Assembly: GCA_963845915.1 (NCBI GenBank)
Contig: CAWJUB010000017.1
Span: 6,838 to 70,837 of the forward strand
Reading direction: 5' to 3'
Source of the DNA: an uncultured Actinomycetota bacterium
GTDB taxonomy: Bacteria; Actinomycetota; Actinomycetes; Propionibacteriales; Propionibacteriaceae
DNA length: 64,000 nt
Shown here: piece after piece, positions 1 to 11,634 of the stretch
Numbering within the stretch: position 1 is the first letter of the stretch
How the letters are laid out: every line of letters starts with the position of its first letter
Notes under the pieces: generated by a model
Told to the model about the DNA's origin: nothing
Database searches by the model: none
What the model saw: the letters and a program-made list of their open reading frames with translations, nothing else
Translations under genes and position numbers: made by a program

Positions 1-1
1 C

Positions 2-1195
2 GAGACAGGTGTCGCCGTCATGCCGCACATCGACAGCGGGCCCGACGACACTCCCGAGCATCCGATCGGTCGCATTCGCGGCGCCAAACATCTGCTGACC
101 ACGGCCGCCGCAATCATGAGCGTTTTCTTGATCACCAGCAGCGTTGTCACGACCTTGCTGATCCCGCCGGCCGAGTTCCAGCCGGGTGGATCGGCCAACG
201 GGAGGGCCTTGGCCTACCTCGCCCATGAGTACCTCGGAAGCACCTTCGGCAGCGTGTACGACGCCTCGACGATTGCGATCCTGTGGTTCGCGGGGGCGTC
301 TGCGATGGCTGGTCTGCTGAACCTGATCCCCCGCTTCCTGCCCAGGTACGGGATGGCCCCGCAATGGGCGCGTGCCGTTCGACCGCTGGTGCTGATCCTC
401 ATCCTCGGCGCATTCCTCATCACGATCATCTTCCGCGCCAACGTCGACGCCCAGGGCGGCGCGTACGCCACGGGTGTTCTCGTGGTGATCACCTCTGCCG
501 CCATAGCCGTTACTCTGGCTGCCCGGCACGCCAGGCAGCGCAAACTCGCCATTGGGTTTGGCCTAGTAGCGCTGATCTTTGTCTACACAACGATCGCCAA
601 CATCATCGAACGCCCTGAAGGCGTCCGGATTGCCGCGATCTTCATTGCTGCCATCCTCGCCGTGTCCTTGGCCTCCCGGTTCGCACGCTCCTTCGAACTG
701 CGCGCCACCAGCGTGACATTCGACCCAACCGCGCAGCTCTTCATCCGCGACACCGCCCGCCGCACGATCAGGTTCATTGCCAAGGAACCCGATCGGCGGC
801 AGCGGTCCGACTACAGCGACAAGCTGCGCCAGGTAAGCCGCGACAACGACCTCACTGACCCTAACGACGTGATCTTCGTCGAGGTCACCGTCACGGATCC
901 GTCTGAGTTCGCTGGCAAGCTCGACGTACACGGCGAAGTCCAGCACGACCGGTACCGAGTGATCACTTTCAGCAGCTCGAGCGTTCCGAACGCACTTGCT
1001 GCGCTACTTCTGGCCGTACGTGACAACACCGACCGATTGCCACACATCTACTTCGAATGGACCGAAGGCAATCCGGCGGCGAACCTGCTCCGCTTCCTGT
1101 TCTTCGGTGTCGGCGAAGTGGCGCCAGTGACCCGCGAGGTCATCCGGCGTGCTGAACCTGATCGCGATCGCCGCCCTCATGTCCACGCTGGATGA
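2..1195 (+). CDS. Integral membrane protein, APC/amino-acid-permease-like core with soluble C-terminal domain; 5'-partial (continues upstream of window)
   Basis: The frame is open from nt 2 through the ATG at 20. Several hydrophobic helices ([65 protein letters not shown]) are followed by a charged ~170-aa tail. The family call is from memory only. Confidence 0.5.
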   Translation, partial: ETGVAVMPHIDSGPDDTPEHPIGRIRGAKHLLTTAAAIMSVFLITSSVVTTLLIPPAEFQPGGSANGRALAYLAHEYLGSTFGSVYDASTIAILWFAGASAMAGLLNLIPRFLPRYGMAPQWARAVRPLVLILILGAFLITIIFRANVDAQGGAYATGVLVVITSAAIAVTLAARHARQRKLAIGFGLVALIFVYTTIANIIERPEGVRIAAIFIAAILAVSLASRFARSFELRATSVTFDPTAQLFIRDTARRTIRFIAKEPDRRQRSDYSDKLRQVSRDNDLTDPNDVIFVEVTVTDPSEFAGKLDVHGEVQHDRYRVITFSSSSVPNALAALLLAVRDNTDRLPHIYFEWTEGNPAANLLRFLFFGVGEVAPVTREVIRRAEPDRDRRPHVHAG

Positions 1196-1202
1196 GTCCT
1201 GC

Positions 1203-1282
1203 GCCCTGAGAACGCATCACGGTCAGGCCGCACAGGCACAAAATCTGGACTTTTCGGCATGATCGTGATGCGTTTTCAGGGC
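1203..1282. terminator. Long inverted repeat between convergent genes (candidate bidirectional terminator / REP-like hairpin)
   Basis: GCCCTGAGAACGCATCACG (1203-1221) and CGTGATGCGTTTTCAGGGC (1264-1282) are reverse complements with one mismatch and a 42-nt loop. The right arm overlaps the stop codon (1276-1278) of the carboxylesterase gene. Confidence 0.45.
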
Positions 1283-1929
1283 TCTCTGTTCATCACTGGC
1301 AGCCCAGCGATCAAGGTACGGATCTGCGGGAGAACGGCTGGATCAATCTGATGACCGCCAGCGTGCGGCAGTTCGATCACCTCGGCACCACGCTCGGCCA
1401 GCTGACGCGCCAGCAGTTTGGTCATCTGCGCCGTGATCATCGGGTCTCGAGCGCCATTGGAAATGATTGCCAGGGCGCCGCTCAAATCCGCGGCCGGAGG
1501 TTCGGCAAAGGGCACCATCGCTGCGAGCAGTACCGCACCGGCGAGGACTCCAGGCCGCCGCAGCATCATCGCCGAAGCAATATTGGCGCCATTGGAGAAT
1601 CCGACGGCGACCAGCGAGCCGTCGTCAATCCCGTACGTCTGACAGGCCAATCCCACGAATTCGGCGAGGTCGTCGGCCTGCTGGCGTAGATCATCTTCAT
1701 CGAAAACACCCTCGCGGAGCCGGCGGAAGAACCGCGGCATGCCGTTCTCCAGAACAGTTCCGCGCACCGAAAGCACAGCCGCACCTGGGGAGAGATGATC
1801 ACGCAGCGGCAGTAGGTCGTGCTCATCGCCACCGGTGCCGTGCAGCAGCAGCAACGGCGGTCCGGCCGCGGCATCATCGGCGGGTTGAAAGACGTGCGGC
1901 CGATCAAGCCCGATCTGCTCAGCGCTCAC
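1276..1929 (-). CDS. Phospholipase/carboxylesterase-family alpha/beta hydrolase (MhqD-like)
   Basis: 217 aa with an LLLLHGTGGDEHDL region and a GFSNG nucleophile elbow. It has a 4-bp start/stop overlap with the upstream dioxygenase gene. Confidence 0.8.
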   Translation of the reverse strand: MSAEQIGLDRPHVFQPADDAAAGPPLLLLHGTGGDEHDLLPLRDHLSPGAAVLSVRGTVLENGMPRFFRRLREGVFDEDDLRQQADDLAEFVGLACQTYGIDDGSLVAVGFSNGANIASAMMLRRPGVLAGAVLLAAMVPFAEPPAADLSGALAIISNGARDPMITAQMTKLLARQLAERGAEVIELPHAGGHQIDPAVLPQIRTLIAGLPVMNREP

Positions 1930-2879
1930 GGAATGTCCTCCTCGAGCTGGAGCGGTGGCAGCGCAGCGGCGATCTGTGCCCGGTCGGGCTCGAGCCAGGG
2001 CGGCAACTTCAGGCTGCGACCAAGCTCGAGCAGTGGCTCGTCGACTGCGAAGCCTGGCGCGTCGGTGGCAATCTCGAACAACACGCCACCAGGCTCACGG
2101 AAGTAGATCGACTTGAAGTATTGCCGGTCGATGATGTCGGTCACCGAGACACCACGGGCCCGCAACTCCTGCTGCCACAGTGACTGGGTGGCCAGATCCG
2201 GCGCACGGAACGCGACGTGATGAACGGTGCCACCGGCCTGCCATCCGCGATCACGAACACCGGCAAAGACATCAACGAGCGCACCTGAGCTTCCTCCGGC
2301 CATGCCAAACCGCGATCGTTCCCCCTCTTCACCTGTCAGGCTCATGCCGAGGAGCTCGGTCAACATCGTGGCTGACGGATCGAGCTGCCGTTCCGACAAG
2401 GTGATCGCATGGAGGCCGCGTACGGCATGCTCGGCCGGGATATCGGCCACCCCGTCCCAGCCGGAACGATGATCACCGTCCGAGGCAACGAGATCGATCA
2501 CCATGCCGTCGGGGTCACGGAAGGTGAGCACCTCTTCCTCGTCGCGGGCGCGGGGTTCGTCGGCATCGATGCCCAGCTGCCTGAATCTCGTCTGCCACCA
2601 GCCGATCGCCGCTCCCGGCACGCTGAATGCCGTTGCGGTCGTCATGCCGGCACCTTGGCGACCCTGTGGCACACCCGGCCATGGAAAGAAGGTCAGCAAG
2701 CTCGACGGGCTGCCCTTCTCGTCGCCGTAGTACAGGTGATAGGTGTCCGGCGCGTCGAAGTTGACTGTCTGCTTGACAAGTCGCAGCCCGAGCGCCCGGG
2801 TGTAGAAGTCCACGTTGGCTTGGGGATCGGTCGCTATGGCGGTGACGTGATGGAGGCCGTGTGGGCTGACCTGCGTCAT
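1926..2879 (-). CDS. Ring-cleaving dioxygenase of the VOC/glyoxalase superfamily (MhqO/MhqA-like)
   Basis: 317 aa. The N-terminus GLHHVTAIATDPQANVDFYTRALGLRLVKQTVNFDAPDTYHLYYGDEKG is typical of this two-domain VOC dioxygenase family. It lies between the maleylacetate reductase and carboxylesterase genes. Confidence 0.8.
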   Translation of the reverse strand: MTQVSPHGLHHVTAIATDPQANVDFYTRALGLRLVKQTVNFDAPDTYHLYYGDEKGSPSSLLTFFPWPGVPQGRQGAGMTTATAFSVPGAAIGWWQTRFRQLGIDADEPRARDEEEVLTFRDPDGMVIDLVASDGDHRSGWDGVADIPAEHAVRGLHAITLSERQLDPSATMLTELLGMSLTGEEGERSRFGMAGGSSGALVDVFAGVRDRGWQAGGTVHHVAFRAPDLATQSLWQQELRARGVSVTDIIDRQYFKSIYFREPGGVLFEIATDAPGFAVDEPLLELGRSLKLPPWLEPDRAQIAAALPPLQLEEDIP

Positions 2880-2884
2880 GATGA

Positions 2885-4018
2885 TCAGTTCCTCTCTCGC
2901 TTTTGCGCCCTGAGCTTGTCGAAGGGCGCCATCAAGCGTTGCGGTTTCGTACCCAGATATGCCTGCTCCAGTAGGACAACGACCTGCTCCTCGGTGTAAT
3001 CCCGTGGATTGGGGACCGGGGATGCACCGATGATCTTGGCAACACCTGGGATGGCGTCATCGTCCAACCCCAGCTCGGCCAACGAGGTCGGTGCATGTAG
3101 CTGAGTGGCCAGCTCGAACATTGCCGCACCAACCTCGTCGGGTCCGCCCAAACCCATGGCACGGACTGCCCGTGCGAACGGGACAGGGACAGCCGCCGCA
3201 TTGAATGCGGCCACGTGGGGCAACAGCGCACTGTGTACTCCGGCGTGCGGGAGCTGATATTTGCCGGCGACTACGTGCGCGAGCTTGTGCTGCAGGCCCA
3301 TCGTGGTACTGCCCAATGCCCACCCGGCAAGCCAGGCACCGCGTAGCGCTGCGGTTCGGGCCTCAAGATCATCCGGCCGGGCGACAGCCTCGGGTAGGCC
3401 ATTCGCCAGTGCTCGGATGGCTTCCTCCGCCACCTCCAACGACCGTATGGTGGCGTCTGGTGCGTACAGCGATTCCAGTGCATGGGCCAGCGCATTCATG
3501 CCGCTCGCGGCGGTGAGATCGGCCGGCATCGAGATCGTCAGGACAGGGTCGTAGACGACGAGGCGTGGCAGCACTCGGGGATCTCGACCGGTCGTCTTCT
3601 CGCCATGATCGGTCTGTCCCCAGATCGGGGTCATCTCGCTGCCGGCGTACGTGGTGGGCACGGCAAGAATGGGCAGTCCGGTGTCCCGGGCAACGACCTT
3701 GGCAAGTCCAGTTGCGGAGCCACCACCGATCGAGATGACTAGGCCGACCTCAGCAACGCGTGCCGCGTCGACAGCCCGTACAGCGACGTCAACCGGAACA
3801 TGCTGGACGACATCCGGGATCCGCGCAACAAGATCATCGCCGAGACCCGCACTCACCGCCGCCGCCGCATCAGCTTCGTGCCGACCAGAAATGATCATGA
3901 CACGGGTGCCGAGGGTGCGCGCTTCCGATGGAACCTGCGCGAGGCTGCCGCGTCCGAAGATCACCCGTACGGCATTGTCGTCCGAACACTGCAGCCGGAT
4001 AGGTGAATGGCTGTCCAT
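2885..4018 (-). CDS. Maleylacetate reductase (iron-containing alcohol dehydrogenase family)
   Basis: 377 aa with motifs SIGGGSATGLAKV, TTYAGSEMTPIWG and LQHKLAHVVAGKYQLPHAGVHSALLPHVAAFN. The last ~15 codons (MAPFDKLRAQKRERN) are encoded by a REP-like hairpin. Confidence 0.85.
   Translation of the reverse strand: MDSHSPIRLQCSDDNAVRVIFGRGSLAQVPSEARTLGTRVMIISGRHEADAAAAVSAGLGDDLVARIPDVVQHVPVDVAVRAVDAARVAEVGLVISIGGGSATGLAKVVARDTGLPILAVPTTYAGSEMTPIWGQTDHGEKTTGRDPRVLPRLVVYDPVLTISMPADLTAASGMNALAHALESLYAPDATIRSLEVAEEAIRALANGLPEAVARPDDLEARTAALRGAWLAGWALGSTTMGLQHKLAHVVAGKYQLPHAGVHSALLPHVAAFNAAAVPVPFARAVRAMGLGGPDEVGAAMFELATQLHAPTSLAELGLDDDAIPGVAKIIGASPVPNPRDYTEEQVVVLLEQAYLGTKPQRLMAPFDKLRAQKRERN
2905..2930. 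repeat. REP-like hairpin copy inside the 3' end of the maleylacetate reductase ORF
   Basis: GCGCCCT-gagcttgtcga-AGGGCGC forms a perfect 7-bp stem with an 11-nt loop. Its core differs by one loop base from the two copies at 11548-11624. Confidence 0.6.
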
Positions 4019-4652
4019 CCCGTCCCGGCAGATTCATCCGCGCTCCAGCGCCGAGCAGCGAAGACTCACCAAGACATCAGACCACGCTTCATTCCCTGGC
4101 CTTTCCTCGCGTACGAGAGAGTGTTTTCGCGTCCATAGACCGGGTATGCATATTCCGAGGCTCTACGCCCTATCAAGGAATGCAGATTCGTGACGCAACA
4201 CCGATTCATCCGATGCTCGCCCACGGCCGTGTTGAGTATCGCCCACCTTGGACACAACGTGTCCGACGGCCGCAACTTCGACACCATTCACCATTGGCAT
4301 CGCCCGGCCCCTTTGGAGCGCGGAAGCTCGGTGCACTGGAATGACCACATACCCGTGCTCGGCGAGATCGGTTGTTGTTTATCAGTGGATCAGGGGGCGA
4401 ACGGCGCATTTGCCCATCTCAGTGCAACAACTCAGCAAGCACGAAAAGTGTTGCCGAGGCCATTGCTGCGGTTCGCACTATCGTCCTGGTCACATCGCAA
4501 GCTGCTGACCATCGCCAAGATCGCCGAGGCGCAGGCTGTTGATCTTGATTGAGTGCTGGATACCTGAGATCTCGTTTTGGCCGATCAATCTCGGGTAGGT
4601 GACTTGAAAGGCATCTCATGCTCAGATCCAGCAGACCTAGGAAGCGATAACC

Positions 4653-4892
4653 GTGACTATCAACCCTGAATTCGGCAATGTCACCGGGACCAAGGACAAG
4701 GACTACGACATCATCTGGTTCACCGAAGCCTGCCTGAGCAACGTGTTGCGGTTGGAGACCTACATCGAGGACGCCGGGCTGGCCGGAGACGCCGAACTCG
4801 CCGATTTCTTCCGCCGCGCACAGCACGAAAGCCGCAAAGGTGCTGAAGAGGGCAAGAAATTGCTCGCGAAGCGCTTGGCCGTGCGCGCGTAG
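4653..4892 (+). CDS. Small conserved hypothetical protein (helical; ferritin-like character possible)
   Basis: 79 aa with a GTG start 8 nt after AGGAAGCG. The sequence ...DYDIIWFTEACLSNVLRLETYIEDAGLAGDAELADFFRRAQHESRKGAEEGKKLL looks like a real helical protein. I recognise no family with certainty. Confidence 0.5.
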   Translation: MTINPEFGNVTGTKDKDYDIIWFTEACLSNVLRLETYIEDAGLAGDAELADFFRRAQHESRKGAEEGKKLLAKRLAVRA

Positions 4893-4929
4893 CTCTGAGC
4901 ATACGGACCCGACCCAGAAGGGGCGCCTG

Positions 4930-5295
4930 ATGGCAACGACCAGCTTTCAAGACTTTGACCTCGCCGATGCCGATCGCGACTGGGACGGCGATGCGGCCGA
5001 TAAGCGGGTCCGCAAGTGGGCCGATGCGGAAGATGAGCCAAATCAGAAGTACCGCGACACCCATGTCTGGTACGACGCGGACAAGAAGGACAATTTCACG
5101 GCGTACAAGCTGCTGATCTGCGATGTCGTCAACGGCAAAGTCCTGGCAGTACCGCGCGGAGTGATGGCGGCGGGCGGCATCATGCAGGGCGCTCGCGGTG
5201 GCATCGACATTCCTGCAACGGATGTGGATCGGGTGAAGAGCCACCTGGCGAAGTACTACCGCAAGATGGATCGCACGCCTCCCTGGGAAGACTGA
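4930..5295 (+). CDS. Conserved actinobacterial hypothetical protein
   Basis: The start is taken at the internal ATG (MATTSFQDF...) preceded by AGAAGGGG. The ...DRDWDGDAADKRVRKWA...AYKLLICDVVNGKVLAVPRGVMAAGG...KSHLAKYYRKM pattern resembles proteins I recall near phage prohead-protease genes. That recollection is not verified. Confidence 0.55.
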   Translation: MATTSFQDFDLADADRDWDGDAADKRVRKWADAEDEPNQKYRDTHVWYDADKKDNFTAYKLLICDVVNGKVLAVPRGVMAAGGIMQGARGGIDIPATDVDRVKSHLAKYYRKMDRTPPWED

Positions 5296-5313
5296 GATCC
5301 TGGGCTGGCTCCG

Positions 5314-6639
5314 TTACGTCGTGACCGACAGGCCGATGGCCGAGAGGCCGCGCAGTGCCTCCTCGACTGACAAAGGGCTCCACGGCTGCTCTGCTCGAGG
5401 CAATTGATCAAAAACCTTGCCGTAGCGGCCCAGGGTGCCGATGTCGTGCGGAAAACGTTCTCGGTCGAGCCCCTGAAAATGGCCGGCGATACCGTGGCGG
5501 CGGAGCACCTCGGCGAACTGTTCAGGCGTGGCTATGCCCGGTGATTCGGCGCCGTGCTCGAACAAGAACACGTTCGCCTCGGCGTACGGCTCCGCCTCGG
5601 TGAGGTATGCGTCGAGAGACTGCAATGCCGGCTGCACAGAAAAATAGGTCCAAAACGGGACGGCGGCGACGCAGATGGTCTGCCACGGATCACCCAGAAT
5701 GAAGCTCGGTATAACCAGACGGTCGGCCGGCTCACCCCGGGAGCGATACCAATTCCGCATCACTGTCGCCACCGCAGCAGCGGTGGCCTGCGGGCCGTCG
5801 TAGCTGATCTCGGAGCACCCGTAGCCACGTGAAGCGCACCAGGCATGCACGTCGTCACGGAAATCCGGGTCAAGGCCCCACTCGGATTCCGCCACGACAT
5901 CATCTGCTGCAGGGGTGTGCGGTAGCGCCAGATACTCTTCGGGAGGCGTACCACCGCGACCACCGACTTGAAAGACATGCCGTGGTCCCACCCTGGTGAC
6001 CGGCCAGTGGGAGTGATCACGAACGACAACGACGGTCCCGCCCGGTGCCAAGCGCTCTTCGACAAAGGAGGCGTACGCCTCAGGCAACCGGCACCACTTG
6101 ACGCGAAAGTAACTCATCCGCTCGGCCATCAACAGGTCCTGTAATTGATCATGCATGTGGTGCAGCACGATGTCGGGATTGTGGTCCAGCAGTGCGGGCG
6201 CGACCGAACGACCAAAGTCCATGGCCTGATCCGCACGATCAGTGTCGCCCACATGCGCCACCGGCAATAAGACCGTGTCGGGCAACCACGGCACCTGCAT
6301 GGCTGCCGCGAGATGGGTCAGCGCGCCATTGCTCGAGCCGAGCAAGACCGCCGGGTAACGCCGCTGCGGATAGCGAGCCGCGAACGACTCAGCGACTGTG
6401 GACAGATCCACCTCGCCAAGCCGGCGAGGATTGATTCCTTCGGAAGCGCCGATCCGGCTGTAGATGCCGCGCAGCATCGACCACGGCAGCCGGCCGGCAA
6501 CGCGTACGGCGAGCCCAGCCGACGACGAACTGCCGAGATTCGGAAACGGCTGCCCATTGAGCGCCGCGATTGTGGCCGCATGCAAGACGCTCGCCGAATC
6601 GAAGGAGGCGACCACCTGCTTGGGGTCGAGATCGCTCAC
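5314..6639 (-). CDS. Hypothetical protein, no family recognised
   Basis: An uninterrupted 441-aa ORF with normal, non-repetitive amino-acid composition, unlike the Arg/Pro-rich shadow ORFs. I recognise no motifs. Confidence 0.6.
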   Translation of the reverse strand: MSDLDPKQVVASFDSASVLHAATIAALNGQPFPNLGSSSSAGLAVRVAGRLPWSMLRGIYSRIGASEGINPRRLGEVDLSTVAESFAARYPQRRYPAVLLGSSNGALTHLAAAMQVPWLPDTVLLPVAHVGDTDRADQAMDFGRSVAPALLDHNPDIVLHHMHDQLQDLLMAERMSYFRVKWCRLPEAYASFVEERLAPGGTVVVVRDHSHWPVTRVGPRHVFQVGGRGGTPPEEYLALPHTPAADDVVAESEWGLDPDFRDDVHAWCASRGYGCSEISYDGPQATAAAVATVMRNWYRSRGEPADRLVIPSFILGDPWQTICVAAVPFWTYFSVQPALQSLDAYLTEAEPYAEANVFLFEHGAESPGIATPEQFAEVLRRHGIAGHFQGLDRERFPHDIGTLGRYGKVFDQLPRAEQPWSPLSVEEALRGLSAIGLSVTT

Positions 6640-6669
6640 TCGATCAGCCTGGCAGATGGCATGACGCGA

Positions 6670-7313
6670 TCAGCTGACTAACTCATTGATGAACCGCAGG
6701 AACCTCGCCGAGTCCTGCTGCGGCCACGAATGACTCGCGCCTGGCATCAAGACGAGCTTGCCGCCAGCCATCTCGGCTAGCTGCGCGGCGTAGGCGTGTG
6801 TGGTGAGCGGATCGTACTCGGTGTGAATGATCGTGATCTCCGCCGTCACTCGCGGCAGGATGTCCTCAAGATGCAGCGCGATGGCTGAGGCGAAACCACG
6901 GAAGATGCGTGGAATGCCGGCCCGAGCCCAATCCGGCACATGGTGGTAAAAGGCCGAGTTGTCGTGCGGATCGCCCCGAACGAAAACGTACAACTGCTTG
7001 ATCATGGAACGGTACGCCGGATCGACAGTCGGGCTTACCAGCACCAGCCGGCTGACCAAGCTGGTCAGGGACGCGGCAACGGTGGCTGCCTGGCTGCCGG
7101 CCGACAGACCGATGAGCACATCCACCGGAGCACCATCGTTGTCGATGTCAGCCGCCAGATGGCGGCCATAAAGCTCCAGAGTCTTGATCAACGCCGCGCC
7201 AGGCCGGCGGCTGGAGCAGCGTAGCGTCGTAGCCGTGGCTGCGAAGATGCTGTACGGGCGGCTGCCACGTACGCGCGTACCGCGAGCCCAGGTACGGCAA
7301 TGACGCGAGTCAT
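6670..7313 (-). pseudogene. Alpha/beta hydrolase, N-terminal region frame-disrupted
   Basis: The C-terminal part is clear (VDVLIGLSAGSQAA nucleophile elbow, ...PGASHSWPQQD). The expected N-terminus MTRVIAVPGL.. / ..GSRYARTWQPPVQHLRSHGYDATLLQPPAW lies in two other frames (breaks near 7283 and 7197). The track ORF extension to 7464 looks spurious. Confidence 0.5.
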
Positions 7314-8132
7314 GAACGGACCTAAGCACGTCCGGTGGGGGCACTTCAATGGAAAGACGCAAATCACCCAGTTCGGGTGTATCGGCGAGCAGACCGATGG
7401 CAACACGATGGGTTAGCGCAGACGCGATCGCCAACAGGAGTACCTCAGATGACTGGTGAAGCAATGGCCCGCACCACAGAGCAGTGCGAGCTCGGCGAAG
7501 GCGCTCGATGGGATGATCGCCGTGCGGAGTTGCTCCGGGTCGACATCCTTGCTGGGCACGTTTATCGCGACACGATCACCGATGATGGCGCGCTGGTTGC
7601 CATTCAGGTTCATCGTGTGCCCGGGACGGTGGGAGCGGTTGCCCCCATTCACGACGATGAGGGCTGGCTGCTAGCAGCAGATCAGGGGTTCAGCTACCTG
7701 CGTCCAGATGGCACCGTACGGGCTATTGCCGACGTCGCGCCGGACTGGACCCGGATGAACGATGCCGCCTGCGATCCCCAGGGCCGCTTCTGGGCGGGCA
7801 CTCTTGCTTATGATCAACGACCGGGTGGAGGGGCCCTTTACCGGCTCGATCGCCGTGGCCAAACCGAGCTGATGCTCGACGGATTGACGATCTCGAACGG
7901 ACTGGGTTGGAGTCCAGATGATCGAACGATGTATCTGGTGGACACCGGACCTGGTGTCATCCACGCTTTCACTTTTGATCCGGACGAGGGCACGATCGCC
8001 GGAGGGCAGGTGCTGGTCGAGGTGCCGGCAGACATTGGATCACCGGACGGATTGACAGTTGATGCGCACGGTGATCTTTGGGTAGCGATCTATGGAGGTG
8101 GACGGGTCCAGCGCTACTCACCCACAGGCGAA

Positions 8133-10783
<2,651 letters not shown>

Positions 10784-10928
10784 TTACGATGACCGGACAA
10801 TTTGACGCCACGCGCCCCGTCTCGAGGCATCACCCTCCAGCTGAATCATCTACCGCTATCTGGGTGGCCAGCAGCACCGCGGAATGGGCGACGTATGGAC
10901 GCAATTGGAACCACATTTCCAACTCCGT

Positions 10929-10943
10929 AGGACTTTCGACCCT
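10929..10943. promoter_or_regulatory. Candidate DevR/DosR box in the divergent kinase / PPOX promoter region
   Basis: AGGACTTTCGACCCT resembles the core GGGACTWWAGTCCC of the mycobacterial DosR consensus as I recall it, matching 11 of 14 core positions. It lies ~140 bp upstream of the 11084 start and ~160 bp upstream of the 10771 start. Confidence 0.3.
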
Positions 10944-11083
10944 GGGTTTATTCACGGGCCAACGTGATCCTAAAGAGCGGGCGGTGAAGCCTGGCTCTCA
11001 CGCTGGCCATCTTCACCGCCTCGATTTGAGCGCGGCGCCGCCGACTGGGTGCTGCTCCGCAGGGAAATGGAGGCCCTGCCGCC

Positions 11084-11521
11084 ATGACCTCAGTGCCGCA
11101 GCAGCAACCCTCACCCAGCAAATTCGTCGAGCTGTCCGAGAACGAGTGCATCAAACTCTTAGCTGATCACACCGCCGGTCGAATCGGCTTTATGGGACTC
11201 GACGGCCCACAGATCTTGCCGGTGACCTATCAATACCGTTTCGGCAGCGTGATATTTCGTACCTCTCCTGTCGGAGCCCTTTCCGGATTGGCGCGCCGAA
11301 CCAGCGTCGCCTTCGAGATCGACAGGATTGATGAGCGGAACCAGTCGGGCTGGAGCGTTCTGGTACTCGGATTCGCCGAAGAAATGGTCCATAACCGTCT
11401 GCTCGCCTCCGCATGGGAAATAGGTCCGGTGCCCTGGGCGGACGGAACGCGAAATCTCTTCATTGAAATCAAGCCGCGGAAGATCAGCGGTCGATCCGTA
11501 CACACCCGATCGGGCTACTAA
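11084..11521 (+). CDS. Pyridoxamine 5'-phosphate oxidase-family (flavin-binding split-barrel) protein
   Basis: 145 aa. The pattern LSENECIKLLADHTAGRIGFMGLDGPQILPVTYQYRFGSVIFRTSP...SGWSVLVLGFAE is typical of Pyridox_ox_2-type proteins. Confidence 0.75.
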   Translation: MTSVPQQQPSPSKFVELSENECIKLLADHTAGRIGFMGLDGPQILPVTYQYRFGSVIFRTSPVGALSGLARRTSVAFEIDRIDERNQSGWSVLVLGFAEEMVHNRLLASAWEIGPVPWADGTRNLFIEIKPRKISGRSVHTRSGY

Positions 11522-11547
11522 CCGACCTATTGGCCACGCGCCCGACG

Positions 11548-11624
11548 CATGCGCCCTGAGCCTGTCGAAGGGCCATGACCGCACACTCAGCACAGCATGC
11601 GCCCTGAGCCTGTCGAAGGGCCAT
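11548..11624. repeat. Two identical 29-nt REP-like hairpin units, 48-bp period, between convergent genes
   Basis: CATGCGCCCTGAGCCTGTCGAAGGGCCAT occurs at 11548-11576 and 11596-11624. Each folds as CATG(C)GCCCT-loop-AGGGCCATG. The units translate as ALSLSKG / PEPVEG / (reverse) LRQAQGA in the track ORFs. Confidence 0.75.
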
Positions 11625-11634
11625 CCCTATGCAG

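Noticed and set aside
4190-4552. A 120-aa ORF in the non-coding gap upstream of the mhq-like operon.
   Set aside because: It has no recognisable motifs and an odd composition, and it overlaps equally long ORFs in other frames. The region has reduced GC, so I treated it as non-coding.
11548-11624. A possible mini-CRISPR array (identical 29-mers with a 19-bp spacer).
   Set aside because: There are only two units, each a self-complementary hairpin, and the spacer is too short. A third copy lies inside a gene 8.6 kb away, and no cas genes are present. This fits a REP-type element, not CRISPR.
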